The notes beneath the pieces are model-generated. The model had not been told where the DNA came from. It searched no databases and saw only the letters and a list, made by a program, of their open reading frames with translations. From assembly GCF_006345805.1 (NCBI RefSeq), contig NC_043002.1:97154001-97218000 (forward strand): a stretch of 64,000 nt of DNA. The letters are read 5' to 3'. The position numbers were made by a program, and so were the translations under genes. This DNA is from Octopus sinensis (taxonomy: Eukaryota). The stretch's first letter is position 1. Each line of letters begins with the position of its first letter. Positions 13,414 to 26,924 of this stretch are shown piece by piece.

Positions 13414-13735
13414 GTAAGTCTTGCACAGGAAGTACTTTGTTTCTCTTAATGTATACAGATAAAAATGGCTACCATTGAAGTAAAGGAATAAAGGATGTTT
13501 TAGAGCTGGAAACAGAATTCATGCATGCATGTATGTATGTGTGTATATATGTATGTATGTATGTGTGGATGGATGGATGGATGGATGGATGAATGGATGG
13601 ATGGATGGTGGGTGGATGGATGAATGGATAAAGGTATGTATGAATCTGTCTCTGTATATGTATGTGTATACATAGGCATATATATATATATTATATGTAT
13701 TCGTAAACATATATAATATATGCTTATGTATATGT

Positions 13736-13780
<45 letters not shown>

Positions 13781-13781
<1 letters not shown>

Positions 13782-13909
13782 CTGCCAACCACGTATGACG
13801 TCCTATACAGGACAGTGCTACTGGTGTTTTCGCCTCAGTAAGACATCTCTTCCAGCTGGCTAACGACAGTAGTACTGTCCTGTGTAGGACGCCACACTTG
13901 GTTGGCAGT
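13781..13909. mobile_element. 129 bp hairpin mini-element flanked by TA
   Basis: ~45 bp arms ACTGCCAACC...CAGTGCTACTG / CAGTAGTACTG...GGTTGGCAGT. Confidence 0.7.
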
Positions 13910-13966
13910 TATATGTTACGATTCCCTATTGCTACTGTTCTACATCTCGCTCAGAGATACAATTTA

Positions 13967-14001
<35 letters not shown>

Positions 14002-14589
14002 TATATCACTGGCGAAAGCCTGTTTTTAGGGTTACCCTGGGTGTCTCGAGAAAAAGAATATTTTCATGGCGTATCAGGAGACCCTATGTATTGAGGGGGA
14101 AACGAACCGGGTATAAGTAACGATCATCTTTAGGTCGTCTTCAGGTCGTCATCGTCCTCCTTCTGCAATGCCACCTGTTTTTATTGGGTTACCTTGGGTT
14201 TCTCACCATTTTTTATAAACTATATACATACAACATACATACATACATACATACCTACTACATATATCTATATTATATATAGATATCTATATATATATAT
14301 ATAGATCTATATATATATATATATATTAGAAGAAATGAGGTAATCAGAATATCGGATGTTTATATTTACAGATATTTATTTATATATTACATTTTTTACA
14401 TATATACCATATCACTGAGATCATTAGCGCTTTCTCACATTCTAGTGGGGTTTTCAAATCAAAATAATTCCTTTGTGGGAAATTCTAATCATTTTATAGA
14501 GTTTCGTAGTGCTGGGGAGGAACATACATACATATGTATATATGTATGTATATATATATATATGTGTGTGTGTGTGTATAGATACATGT

Positions 14590-16228
14590 ATGTGATTGTA
14601 TCTGTTTGTCAAATCTTTCCATCCTGCCCTCCACTTCTCCTGCACTATCTCTGTCACCTCTGTCCCCTTTCTTGACATTTCGGTCAGCATTCATCACTCC
14701 ACTCTTTCCACCTCCATCCACTACAAACATGCAGACTCACACTCATACCACAACTTCTCCTCCTCCCATCCTAAACACACCAAGCTTTCCATCTCCTATT
14801 TCCAATTCCTCCGCCTACGCAGGCTCTATAGTGACGACCATCACATTGACACTCAGTCTCAATTCGTGGCTCCCCACTTTATCCTACATGGATATCCCTC
14901 ACCACTATCCACACTGCCCTTGCCAGAGCACGTTCCGTGGACCGTGCATCTGCTCTCTCCCCCCGAACCCGTCCTGCCGACTCCCGACTCCCGTTTCCTC
15001 CTCACCTACCACTCCACCACCCCACGTCTCCAACGCACCATTCTCCGAGCCTTCCGGCGACTCCAGTCCGACCCTCTACTTCGTACAGATTCTCTAACCG
15101 ACCCCTCCCCTCCTTCAAACGAGCCCACAACCTACGAGACTTCTTGGTCCACAGCTTCTTCCCTAACCCAACCTCCCAGCTCGGCTCGTTCCCCTGCTCT
15201 CGGTGACGCTGCCCGCGCACTTGCCTTTACCTCTCCAACACCACCCTCCTCACCGGCACCCGTTATCGACACTATCACATCACCGGTCCGCGGAATACCT
15301 CCGAGACATCCGACTCGGAAATGACACCACATCTCGCGCCATTTCCGCTCTACCGGTCACTTGTTGCAACACCTGTCCGTGTTCGGATTGTCCTTGCACA
15401 GGGGCTATCCGGAGTCCTGTTTGTGCCGTGAACAGGGATTAATATTCTCTCTTCGTTCCTTTGCCCCACATGGGCTCAACTCTCCTCCCCTCTTCATCTA
15501 ACCTCCCCCCCTCGCCTCTCTCCCCTCATACCTACTTCTTCCCACCCACCTCTCTCTCTTGCTCCGACTCCTACTTCTCTTAACTCCGACTCTCCTCTTT
15601 TCTCTTCTCTCCTACTCACCTCCTTTCCCCCTTCATCGTCACCCTTCCCACCCTTACACATTCCACCCCACCTTCCCTATCCTTCCCATTCTACCCCACA
15701 GCATACAACCACTCCCACATACACCACCTCTAGCCACACCTCTACCACCACCCTCAGCCTAACCCACACCCCATCCTTGCTTTCCCCACTCTCGCCTCCC
15801 CCACATACCAACACCACCACATCACACCACCACGCACACACTAGCACTGACCAGCCCCACACAATCATCCACACACACATACACACACTCACACGTCAAG
15901 GTCACCAGCCCTCTTCCACACGCACATACATACTCTCTTATACACACGCACGCGTACCTTCGTTTTTTGATCACCACTACTTTATTATCTCCCCTTATTC
16001 CTAGTTCTCCTGGTTGACCCTTCTGTCCGACATTCGCCATGATAGATCGCCAGTCACTACACATTCTTTATTTTCTCTCCTTGTTTCTTTCTGTGTTCCT
16101 TTCTGTGGAAGAGTGTAGGCTCAAAACGTTAAAGAAGTTTTCAATTCCTAAGCGTTGAACTAATACATCTGCTTGTTGTCTATACCACCTGTCTTCGTCT
16201 TTTGTCCTTTTTTATGAATTCTCCCATA
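14590..16228 (+). mobile_element. Penelope-like element, 5'-truncated: RT thumb, partly deleted GIY-YIG region, CT-rich 3' region, terminal repeat
   Basis: FLDISVSI..LSTSIHYK..DSHSY..SSSHPKHTK..QFLRLRRL; FKRAHNLRDFLVHS; GSFPCSR.RCRTC; YLRDIRLGNDT; GHLLQHLSVFGL..GLN; frameshifts. Confidence 0.9.
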
Positions 16229-18407
16229 TATATATATATATATATATATGCTATACTGTTTGATTCTGTAAATCCAACTTTTCTACTATTTCTTCAGAAA
16301 CATATACATATGTGTCTATGCCTGAGTATGTGTCCATGCATGAGTGTATGTGTGTGTATATGTGTGCGTGTGTACTTGACTTTATGCGTGTTGATGTATG
16401 TAATATATGTATGCTGCATGTATCCAAAGAAGTGCATGGACGACCACATGTAATATGACTTCTGTGCATTGAACTAGTAAATGAAATTTATAAAGATACG
16501 TATAACACATACAATAGTGAACGCAGGTAGAAATGTTGTATAGAGAAAGAAAAGACAGGGTGCTTTATCAAGAGAGTGGGAAAATGAACTAGAGTACTAC
16601 AAATTTGATTGGCCTTGTACATGCCGTAGGGAATGAATTGGAAATTGTGTTAAACTAGGAAATAATAGTTGTAATATAAGCTGGTAAGTTGAAATATGCA
16701 GTGCGTGGTTAGAGAGTGTGATGATGAAATTTTATTGGAAATTAATTCCCGTGAAGCTCAGAGTGCTGTTTCTGAGTAGAGAACGTAGAGAGTGAGAAAT
16801 GAAGAGAGAGAAATTGACAGAGTTGTATAGGTGGAAGGATGAGTGAGTCTGTGTGTGTGTGTGAGAGAGAGAGAGAGAAAGTTAGAAGTGGAGAAAGTGA
16901 TGTAGGGCGAAAAAGAGAAAGGGATGTAGAATAAGAGAATAAAAGAAAGATATTGAGAGAATAATTGAAACGGAGTTAATAGAAGATATGAGAGAACATA
17001 TTTTGTGTGCGTAAGATTAATGGAAAGAAAAGAAGGCAGGGAGAATAAAAGTGGAGAGTAAAGTGGATGGGAACAGCCTGAATGAGTAAGGTGTAATTAA
17101 CATTGAGATGAGGGTTGAGAAAAGTAGAGAAGAAGGAGGAAGAGAGAGAGAGAGAGAGATTGAATTTAATGTATTATTTAATCTTTCTTTTACTCACACT
17201 TTCTTTTCAAGGAAACACGTGTAGGAAATGTAACCGAGTGAAAGAGACAGGAATAAAATTAAGAAGGAGAAAGAGACGGAGTGAGGGAAAGTTCAAGACG
17301 GAGATGGAGGGAGATGAAGCTTAAGGGTCAGTGAGGATGGGAGAAGGGTGCATGGTAGAAAATTTGATTGAAACAGAATGAGAGAAATAAAGGGGTAAAA
17401 CAAGTAATTAAAAAGCGGGGGTGGAATTTCGATAAGATGTCATTTATATAGAGGTGTAGGTAAGATAGATGATCGATGAATAGGATGTTGGAGGAGAATG
17501 AGAGAGCGGAGGAGTGTTAGAGATGAATTAAAGGGAGAAGCATGACAATGCAAGTATATTCCAAAAGAGGAGGGATAAGGAATGAATAAAATTGCAAAGG
17601 AACCAATAGTGAATTTTTGTGAAGTGTGGGCAGATATATAAGTATCAACAGAGTTTAAATAATAAGGTTATACTTTATAAAATAGACAAGAAAATGAGAG
17701 ATTGAAAATATATGAAGATATATCAGGAAGAAATTACTAAAGGAAAACACAAAAAAAAAATGGGTGTATTTGTGTGAAATAGAGTAAGAAATCGAGAAAA
17801 TATTGTTGATATAATTGTTAAAAGCGTTAAGTGGAATAATAATGAATTCTGTGAGCCAATGTCTTTCTTTAAAAGAGAATTGTTCCCAGATGGGAATTTT
17901 CTTTTCTCTGAGCAACAAGTTTAGCAATTGCCATTGTGTTGCTATTTTTCGCAGAAGAATGAAAATAAGGAACGCCATTTTCGTAATTAGGTGTAAAAAC
18001 ATTGAGTTCAAGGCTAGTTGAGAATTGGTAACTCAATTGCTTTTCATTTGTACGAAATTGATAAGCATGAATCATAGAGAAGACGGTTGACTCAATCAAG
18101 AAATAGGTCAATGGTTATTATTTCGCTTAGCTTCATTGGAATACAGAAAATAAAGAATAACAATCACAGATTTTCTGCATGCGAGCTGGGAAGGTGTGTC
18201 TTCAAAATACAAATATCGTTGAAATTCAATATACTACTACTACTACTACTACTACTACAATAATAATAATAATAATAATAATAGTGATACATGTGCTTAG
18301 TGTACCTTTATCAGACAGGTAGTCATGATGGGCATACTGGGCTTCGTATATTTTACCCCAGAGTCACTTTGATGGCATGCACTGCTCTCTCACTCAATAA
18401 TAATAAT

Positions 18408-18471
<64 letters not shown>

Positions 18472-18745
18472 GTAAAATGGCAGAAATTCAAAAGATAGTG
18501 CTCATGGGAACTGCCCATATCCTACGCAAAATACTTTTCTATGTAATCTCAAGTTTAAAACAAACACATAATTTTCTTATGGTTTCTTAAACATTCCCTA
18601 GAACAACACTATGTACAAAACCAAATATATGGCACCCTAGGCATTACACCAACATGAACTTCCAATTTGTATCTTGAAGTCTCTGGGTGAGACTTGGAGC
18701 CAACTTGTACATATATAAAGCAAAAGTCAAACATAGAATGATAAT
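18472..18745 (+). mobile_element. R4/Dong-clade LINE 3' fragment in (TAA)n
   Basis: KMAEIQKIVLMGTAHILRKIL plus a 3' UTR closely matching 54180-54440; (TAA)n on both sides. Confidence 0.9.
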
Positions 18746-18762
18746 AATAATAATAATAATAA

Positions 18763-19095
18763 CGTGTCTCTAAAAGGAATGGCGAAACTTTCAAAATACA
18801 AAGACCTGGAAATGGAGGTAACCAGAATGTGGAATCTAAAACAGAACAATTCCTATCATAGTAGGTGCATTAGGCATGATAAAAAAATTCAGACACAATA
18901 CATACAAAAACACCAGGACTTACAAAGACATATAACATACAGAAAATTGCACTACTAGGCACTGCACACATCCTACGCAGAACACCTTCCATACAACCAA
19001 ACCATCAGAGCATCACAACAAATCACAGCACATACCCAAGCACACAGAGCTGCGCTCGGTAGTGAAGTGAAAGCACACTATAAAAAAAAAAATAA
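18763..19095 (+). mobile_element. Second R4/Dong family, 3' fragment
   Basis: KLSKYKDLEMEVTRMWNLK..IPIIVGALGMI..IQKIALLGTAHILRRTL; different 3' UTR; A/(TAA)n tail. Confidence 0.85.
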
Positions 19096-19628
19096 TAATA
19101 ATAATAATAATAATACCACTACTGTTACTGTTGCGGTTGTTCCTTCTACTACTGCTACTGGTATAACTTCTAATCTCACCCCCACATACAGTTTTTGTCA
19201 ACGTTTCTCCCTACTACCTCCGTTCTGCGGTCATGGACTGATAGTTCTTCTTTAAGGCGATTAATTTCTGAACTTTGCTATGCTACACAATACTGAAAGA
19301 GATCCCGCTGAGAGAAGAGAGGAACAGAATGTATGTGAATTGCAACAAATGTCAAGTTAAATTACCAATTATATTCATAACCCTGAAGACTAGATGTATT
19401 GAGTAACAAGTTCGCCTGTAACCAGATGCGGTGACACCCTGTCAGTGACCAGGTTACAAGTGGTTCGACGAAAAGTTTGCCACTAAATAATAGACGTTTA
19501 AATATTTTTAATATTCATGTCTTTGAGTGAGTAATACGTGTCTTCTACGGTGTGTTTCCGTTAGCTTCAGCACAGTTTCAGACTAAATCATTACGAGTCA
19601 GTACATATCTGACACACACACACACACA

Positions 19629-19659
<31 letters not shown>

Positions 19660-19660
19660 C

Positions 19661-19709
<49 letters not shown>

Positions 19710-19737
19710 GCATATATACATACACATACATACATAT

Positions 19738-20635
19738 AATTATGGCTGCCCCCTCGTTATCGAGTATGGCCATTGCACGAAGCTTAACTGTTACTGGTGC
19801 TGTGATCGAATGTGATTTTTAGCCCAGCTAAAGATCTACAATGTCTTGTACAAATTGGCAACTAAGACCTTTACTGTAATAGCCGGCTGTAGTTGTAACT
19901 GGCTTCATGTACCTTTGCATGTCGTTTAGGTCCTCCTGCCGAATTACACTCTCTTCCACATGCCCGACAGATATGACTAGTATGTGTGTTCACCATCACC
20001 AGTGGCCCGATTGTCACTCATCTGTCTCGTTTAATGACTACGAAGATGACTCATGAGTCCAGCTTTACTGAGGACAGGGTCTTGCACAGACATTGCACGT
20101 CAGAATCAAAGGAAGATCCTTCCCTTCTGGAAGTAACATCGATGCCCTTCCTGACATCCTCCTTACTTTCTCATGTGCAACTCGAGATTTCTCAAACGTG
20201 GCTGTCCAATGCACAATCTTTCTCCACCTGGGGATCAATAGCTATGCACCTGGGTCAATCCCACTGCATTAAGGAGAGCAGCCCATAATCCTAAAAGAAA
20301 ACAAGTCAACATCACTTTACCACTTGAGCTACAGTTTATGTCGAGTTATCCCAGTTACCCGAATCTTCCTTCTCCATAGAAATCATGGCCTTGACAAGCT
20401 GGAGCTCCTTCACTTCCAATGCTTTAAGCAGCGATCACTATTCACGTCCGACTTAATTCTGTAGTCTCCGCCGCATCATAATGCCGTAAGATGTTTATTG
20501 GTGGTCGATATGTGACCCCGTCGATAGGAACCACCGCCCTGTTGAACGGTTATTTGCATATGTCATCCCGCAGACTTTCAGCGAACACCACTCCTCCCGA
20601 AAGCAGCACTTGGGGTTGCCTATTCTATATGGCTC
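19738..20635 (-). mobile_element. Older RTE LINE 3' fragment (different subfamily)
   Basis: Broken frames ATPSAAFGR, NRAVVP, RWRKIVHWTATFEKSRVAHEKVRR, CNVC..AGLMSHLRSH, CRACGREC; 3' end GGCCATACTCGATAACGAGGGGGCAGCC. Confidence 0.75.
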
Positions 20636-21637
20636 ATATCCACATCCATACATACATACATACATCCATACATACATACATACATACATACATCCTAACA
20701 TACATACATACATACATACATACATACATACTACATACATACATACATACATTATTTACATACATACATCATACGTACATACATACAAATAAAACTACAT
20801 CGTATGTTCGTTTCGTTTCTAGATGCAGTTCGATACAAGCATGCATCTACATACAGACTACGTACATCATACATATATACACCACGTTTTTACGTACAAA
20901 TGTTTACATACATACATACGTAACCTATACATACATACATACATACATCATACATACATACATACATACATACCTACAGACTACATTATGTATGGCCCAC
21001 ATTATAGTATCGATGCAGATTTTTTTTTAAGTTTAACATGGGCTTTCTTGACAAGAAATTTTCATTTGAGTAAGCTGTGCATTGAGCCAGTCCAGCCTAC
21101 AGAACAGCAGCTTCGCTCGGTAAATACTAAGTTCCGACATTCGGTAGCCACTGAGCACATGTTTCCTGGATTTATCTATTCCAGTTCCCGATTTTGGATT
21201 TGTTAATTCGCTTACACAGCGCTCCAGCTGCAAACCGTGGACCGGTAAAATAGACTTTCTTCGGCTTATCGGCTCATTATTGGGAAAATTACAACATCTA
21301 CGCACGCCATCAATCACTATTCCTCCCTGAAATTTTTTGTTTTTACTTCCCCAGACTCTCGCACCATACATCCTACACATGGATACATTGGATCCACCTT
21401 TATGTACATACATACACATGTACATACATACATGTATACATATATGTATATATATATATGTATATACATACATACATACATACTACACATACATATATAT
21501 ATATGTTATGCATCCATCTACATACTACTCTATACATACTACATACTACGACATATGTATACATATGGTACATGTGTACATACATACCTACATACATATA
21601 TATATTTATATATATACATATATATTCTCATACATAC

Positions 21638-21775
21638 GGGAGAGTTTTACGATACAACATAATACGAGACCGTGGTGTACAAACAAAAACAAACAATGTA
21701 TTAGGTATAACGCCCACGAATAGCAAAACTCTTTTACGTTTCGCGCCTACGTTCTTCTTTACATAAAGGGATTCC
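21638..21775 (-). mobile_element. Penelope-like terminal repeat copy (noisy); a second copy lies at about 22170-22275
   Basis: GGGAGAGTTTTACG...CTTTTACGTTTCGCGCCTACGTTCTTC resembles the reverse complement of 16100-16228. Confidence 0.6.
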
Positions 21776-22742
21776 GATAAATGTATATAATAGATTTTGG
21801 TATATATAATATATATATCCGTATATATAATAATGCGTATATATAATATGGTAATATATTCGACAGAGAGAGAGAAGAAGATTAAGAACAGAAGAAGAAC
21901 GAAAGAAGAAAAGAAGAAGAAGCTGAAGAAGAAGAATTTTTAGACTTTAAAGAAGACGAATAATTTCCAGCATGATTGAAGAATTCACCTTAGGAATGAG
22001 AACTCACGTTATAAATTATATAATACACCTAATATATATGCCTGTGGGTGTATATATCGATATACGTATATTATAACATATATATATAAGTGCGTTTATT
22101 GATCTATTCTATATATATGTATCGTGATAGCCGGTTATATTATATATAAACTATATGTAATATAGCTGCTGGGAGAGTTACGAGAAAACAAAAATGGTCT
22201 AAAAACAAAGTACAATGGTTTCGCTATGGAATAGAAAAAGTCTTTTACTTTTCGAGCCTTTTCTTAGAAAGGGACATTTTGTATATATTTTGTGTATATA
22301 TATACGATATCTATATATATATATATATATGCAATATACAATGATATAATTATGAGAGCGAGAGAAGAGTAGAAGAAGAACGAAGAAGAAGAATGGAAGT
22401 CAGAAGAAAGGAGAAGAAGAAGAAGAAGAAGAAGAAGAAGAAGAAAGAAAATTCTGAAGAATAAGAATATAAGAAGAGAAGAAAAGAAGATTAAGAACTT
22501 TAGAAATCTGGTTCGAAATTTTCCTACGACACACTTAAGGATGGGGCCTCAAACGACAAGGATGTCTAGAGAACGTTACTTGTATTTTTGCTGCGATAGC
22601 CGTTCTTTTGGGCAACTATTGTATCTATTCTGTTGCTTTTGCCGAGATATCAAAAACCTAAAAAGTGTATAAATGGTTTCGCTAAATAAAAACCTACTTA
22701 CATTTCTTGTCTGCAACATTTTGGCGTATTGTATATAATAGC

Positions 22743-22785
<43 letters not shown>

Positions 22786-23423
22786 AACAAGTCAGATACA
22801 AAATCTAAAATAATTTTTAAAGAACATTTCAGTACCTGTTTCAGTCATTGAGACCTTTTCAACTGTAACAATTAAATAATTAAATTTAGAAAAATTAAAA
22901 GAAAAGTCTTTTTAAAAGAATATTTGTATTGTGTTCAAATATAAGTGGCATTTTCCTTGTTTCTGCCTTTCTCTGTCTCTCTTGTTTACTCTTGTGTGTT
23001 CGAGGTCAATGTGAATATATATATACTAGGCCATAGATGTAGTCTACAAGTTCCCCTTGACTGATAGAGATGTAGCAGAATAACTTTCGTGGGTATGGCA
23101 TCTGACGAGACCTAATGCAGTATCAATGAAGTGTCAATAATTGTCGCTTATCTCTACACAAGAAGCCTGTCTTTTCCTTAACGATATGTCATCTTTATAA
23201 AATTCTAGACTCTTTTTCACATAGGCTGTTTTCGATTGTCTTTCGGTAGTTGAAATACATTCCGTAAATGTGGATGTCATTTTAATGAATCAAGAATTTA
23301 AGCTGTATGGCATTTGATATACTTATATTATTCTATGTTCATATATATAAAACACTGGCCAATTTGAGTTATTTCTCTTCGGTCATTTTTGTTTAGCATG
23401 CACACACATACATACGCGCGTCC

Positions 23424-23456
<33 letters not shown>

Positions 23457-23469
23457 TATACATTAACAT

Positions 23470-24216
23470 GGACTAAAGCCATCTGAATATGGCTAGGGAC
23501 AGGGCAGGGTGGTGGGGTGTTACTACTGTTGCATTTAGCCCCAGCGAACATCAACGTCGCCAGATAGGCTTGACACCATCACGTCACGGCTCCTTTTATC
23601 CTGCAAAGGGAGATATTTCCCCGATGAAGCGGAAACCACACACGACCTAGTTTCAAGGTGTATTGCCTATCATCAACGTGTGGTAGGGCCCCCGCTCCTC
23701 CCTCGACGAAATCTCACTCTGCAGGATATTTATATATAGATTTTCAGCAAAACATTTGCTGATTTCGAAAATCTGTTCGACAGCAATAATAATTCTCTAA
23801 ATGAGATATAGACAGTAACTGCTCCATAACATAAGGGACTAAAGCCATCTGAATATGGCTAGGGACAGGGCAGGGTGGTGGGGTGTTACTGTTGCATTTA
23901 GCCCCAGGCGAACATCAACGTCGCCAGATAGGCTTGACACCATCACGGCGTCCTTTATCCTGCAAAGGGAGATAATTCCCCGATGAAGCGGAAACCACAC
24001 ACGGACCCGCTTCATCGGGCAATTATCTCCCTTTGCAGGATAAAGGACGCCGTGATGGTGTCAAGCCTATCTGCCGACGTTGATGTTCGCCTGGGGCTAA
24101 ATGCAACAGTAACACCCCCACCACCCTGCCCTGTCCCTAGCCATATTCAGATGGCTTTAGTCCCTTATGTTATGGAGCAGTTACTGTCTATATCTCATTT
24201 AGAGAATTATTATTGC
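23470..24216 (-). mobile_element. Retrozyme-like element: ~1.5 tandem copies of a ~360 bp unit plus a 209 bp inversion
   Basis: 23470-23644 repeats at 23836-24003; 23783-23991 and 24007-24216 are ~98% inverted; hammerhead-like motif at 23639-23682 (-). Confidence 0.75.
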
Positions 24217-24239
24217 ATATATATATATTGTTTTATTCT

Positions 24240-24446
24240 TTCTTTCTTTCACTTGTTTCAGTCATTTGGCTGCGTCTATGCTGGGACACCGCCTTCTGTC
24301 GAACAAATCAACCCCGGGACTTATTCTTTGAAAGCCAAGTACTTACTCTATCATTCTTTTTTGCCGAACCGCTAAATTATGGGATGTAAACACACCAACA
24401 ACGGTTGTCAAGTGATGGTGGAGGCAACAAACAGACACACAAACAT

Positions 24447-24480
<34 letters not shown>

Positions 24481-24597
24481 TACGACAGACTTCTTTTAGT
24501 TTCCATCTACCAAATCCACTCAAGTCTTTGGTCGACTCGAGGCTATCGTAGAAGGTGCCATGCAGTGGAACTGAACCCGGAGCCATGTGGTTGGGAA
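24240..24597 (-). mobile_element. SINE family A, near full length
   Basis: Tail, body, internal (TA)n and head all recognisable. Confidence 0.9.
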
Positions 24598-25901
24598 TGT
24601 GTTTGTGTGTGTGTGTGTGCGCGCGCGTATGTATATTTGTATTGGGGTGTTGTTTAGTTTGCTTTTGTTGCTTATCTCCAAATCTATCTAAAATGATAAA
24701 AATTCGTTATAACTGTGACCACCCCATCTGTCCTTTTATTTCAGTGTGATCCTATTTGCCTTTTTTGATACATGAATTTGGAGGAAATTTGTTGTGTTAT
24801 TTCTGTTTGGGCTTGTGACGCAGTAGGAGCTCCGTTGCTGGTTGACAATGTTTGAAATTGTAAATACGATTCTTTGGAAAAGAAAATAGCAGTAAAGGCA
24901 TGAAATTAAGTAAGGGCATGAACGCGAAAATGGATATCTGTCGCCTTTGGTAGAAATAATTCTCTTATTTGCTTTCCGTTTTATTTCCAAATCAACAAAG
25001 CTCAATTCATACTCGCATATCTAGAAGGATACTGCTGCTACACACACAAATTATTTCGTGTTTAAAAGGATATTCGATTGATAGGTAAACTCTCACAATA
25101 CAACTACGAGCTCAGTTCAAATATGCGGTTATCTTTTCACTACCGCCTGTATTACTACGACAGCATGTTCTGTTTATTGATTAATCAGAGGAAGATGGGT
25201 AGCATTCATAATATTTTTTAGGATCTCATAGACTGGCGACGGGGAAGGTGGAAGTCTCATTCATTTATTTATATACTTATTTATTTATTTATTTATTCAT
25301 TCATTCATGTAGCTGGACGACTTGCTGTTGAACGGGAGACCCGTTTTGCCTACCACTGAATATCTGGAATGGATCATTTCATGTGTTCTCAAACAGTTTT
25401 CGTCCACAAATTTTATGCTCCAGGCTTTGGATTTCTAATGGCTATTACAGAAGGGACTTAACCAAAGACATTGTACTGAGATTGTTCCTGAAGCCACATA
25501 GACTCGAAACGAATTAACTAACGACGCAATCACGCAAGCGCTTATAAAACGGTATGCTTCCTCTTTTAATCAAAACAGTCGATACATCTCTTCTGACTAC
25601 TAAAATCTTACACCTATCGACTTCCATATCTCGCAATACATACTTTATTCAAACGTTACCCCATGCAGCTTCAACACTACCTAATTTCCCTCTACCCACA
25701 TTTTCCTGAAGAGATATCCTAATAGCCTCGGAGTCTTCAGAGGTCGTGAGTGTTGATCTTTTATCTCCTTAAACAATTTATACGAAAATCATTTAAAATT
25801 CTTCAACCTCACAACCATAGAGTTAACAATGTGGAATTTATTCTTCATTGTTAAGTCTAGAAAAATAATCGCTGCAATTCTATTTTCTATCTATTTGCAA
25901 G

Positions 25902-26023
25902 ATTCCTGATTGGAATTCGTGCTTTGTATCAAATCATATTACGTCTGGGGTGAGGAACATTACACCAATTGACTATCACACCAGTGCGTCTGTTCTTATT
26001 ATTGGAGCAACGACCTCCAAGAC
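25902..26023 (+). CDS. Candidate exon (IPDWNSCFVSNHITSGVRNITPIDYHTSASVLIIGATTSK)
   Basis: attctattttctatctatttgcaag|...AC|gtaaga; 122 bp, open only in phase 0, compatible with 13309-13413. Confidence 0.45.
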
Positions 26024-26696
26024 GTAAGAAATAATCATTGTGTTGTTATGAAAAAAATGTAATCACTGGATGATGAAATATTACTTTTCAATGAAGGAAA
26101 ATTTTGTGAGAGTATATATTATATATACATAATACAAAGTATAGGAGAATGAAAGCTCAAATCCTAGTCAGTCAACCGAATTCTCGAACGCATAAATGAA
26201 GATATTCAATCAATGTAATTGAATCATATATATTTATACACATCGACATAAATCATGCATGTATAGGCGTAAAGATTCTCAAAGGGTATAAAGAATAAAA
26301 CCAACGATACATGAAATATAGGAGAGATATAAAAGTATATAAAAATATATAAAAATACATATAAAATCACATATAAATAAGGATTACATGTATGCGTGAT
26401 AAACATAGGAGACACAAAACGAATGAGAAGTTGATAAATATAGGGATGAAAATATCAGTCTTCAAAATGGCAGACCGCCTAAATTGTCTAAAATTTCTAA
26501 TACATCTAAGATATCAGATAAAAGTGACACAAGATAGCAAGGTTAAGAACAGTAAAGGGGATCCGAAAAAATAGGAGGGTGTTCAATCTACGGTCGTTTC
26601 AGGGGTACATTACCGGTCAAAGTACTTTGTATTATTTCACATTGGCTCTCTACGAGCACTCCGAAAATAGCATGTGTGATATATATATATATAATA

Positions 26697-26787
<91 letters not shown>

Positions 26788-26924
26788 TATATATATACTT
26801 TGATACTTTGATACTTTGATAGGTTTCGGCCATTATTGGCCCAGGCCATGTCTAACTTAATATATATATATGTATATAATATGTATATACATGTATGTAT
26901 GTGTGTATATATACATATTTATTT

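Noticed and set aside
13459-13479. 21 bp micro-exon IKMATIE
   Set aside because: Would need a 45 bp intron, implausibly short
13820-13865. Hammerhead in the spacer of the 13781-13909 hairpin
   Set aside because: Core (CUGGAAGA..GAAAAC) and stems I/III could not be formed convincingly
23983-24375. 130 aa ORF MKRKPHTDPL...
   Set aside because: Reads through the palindrome arm into a SINE; no protein motif
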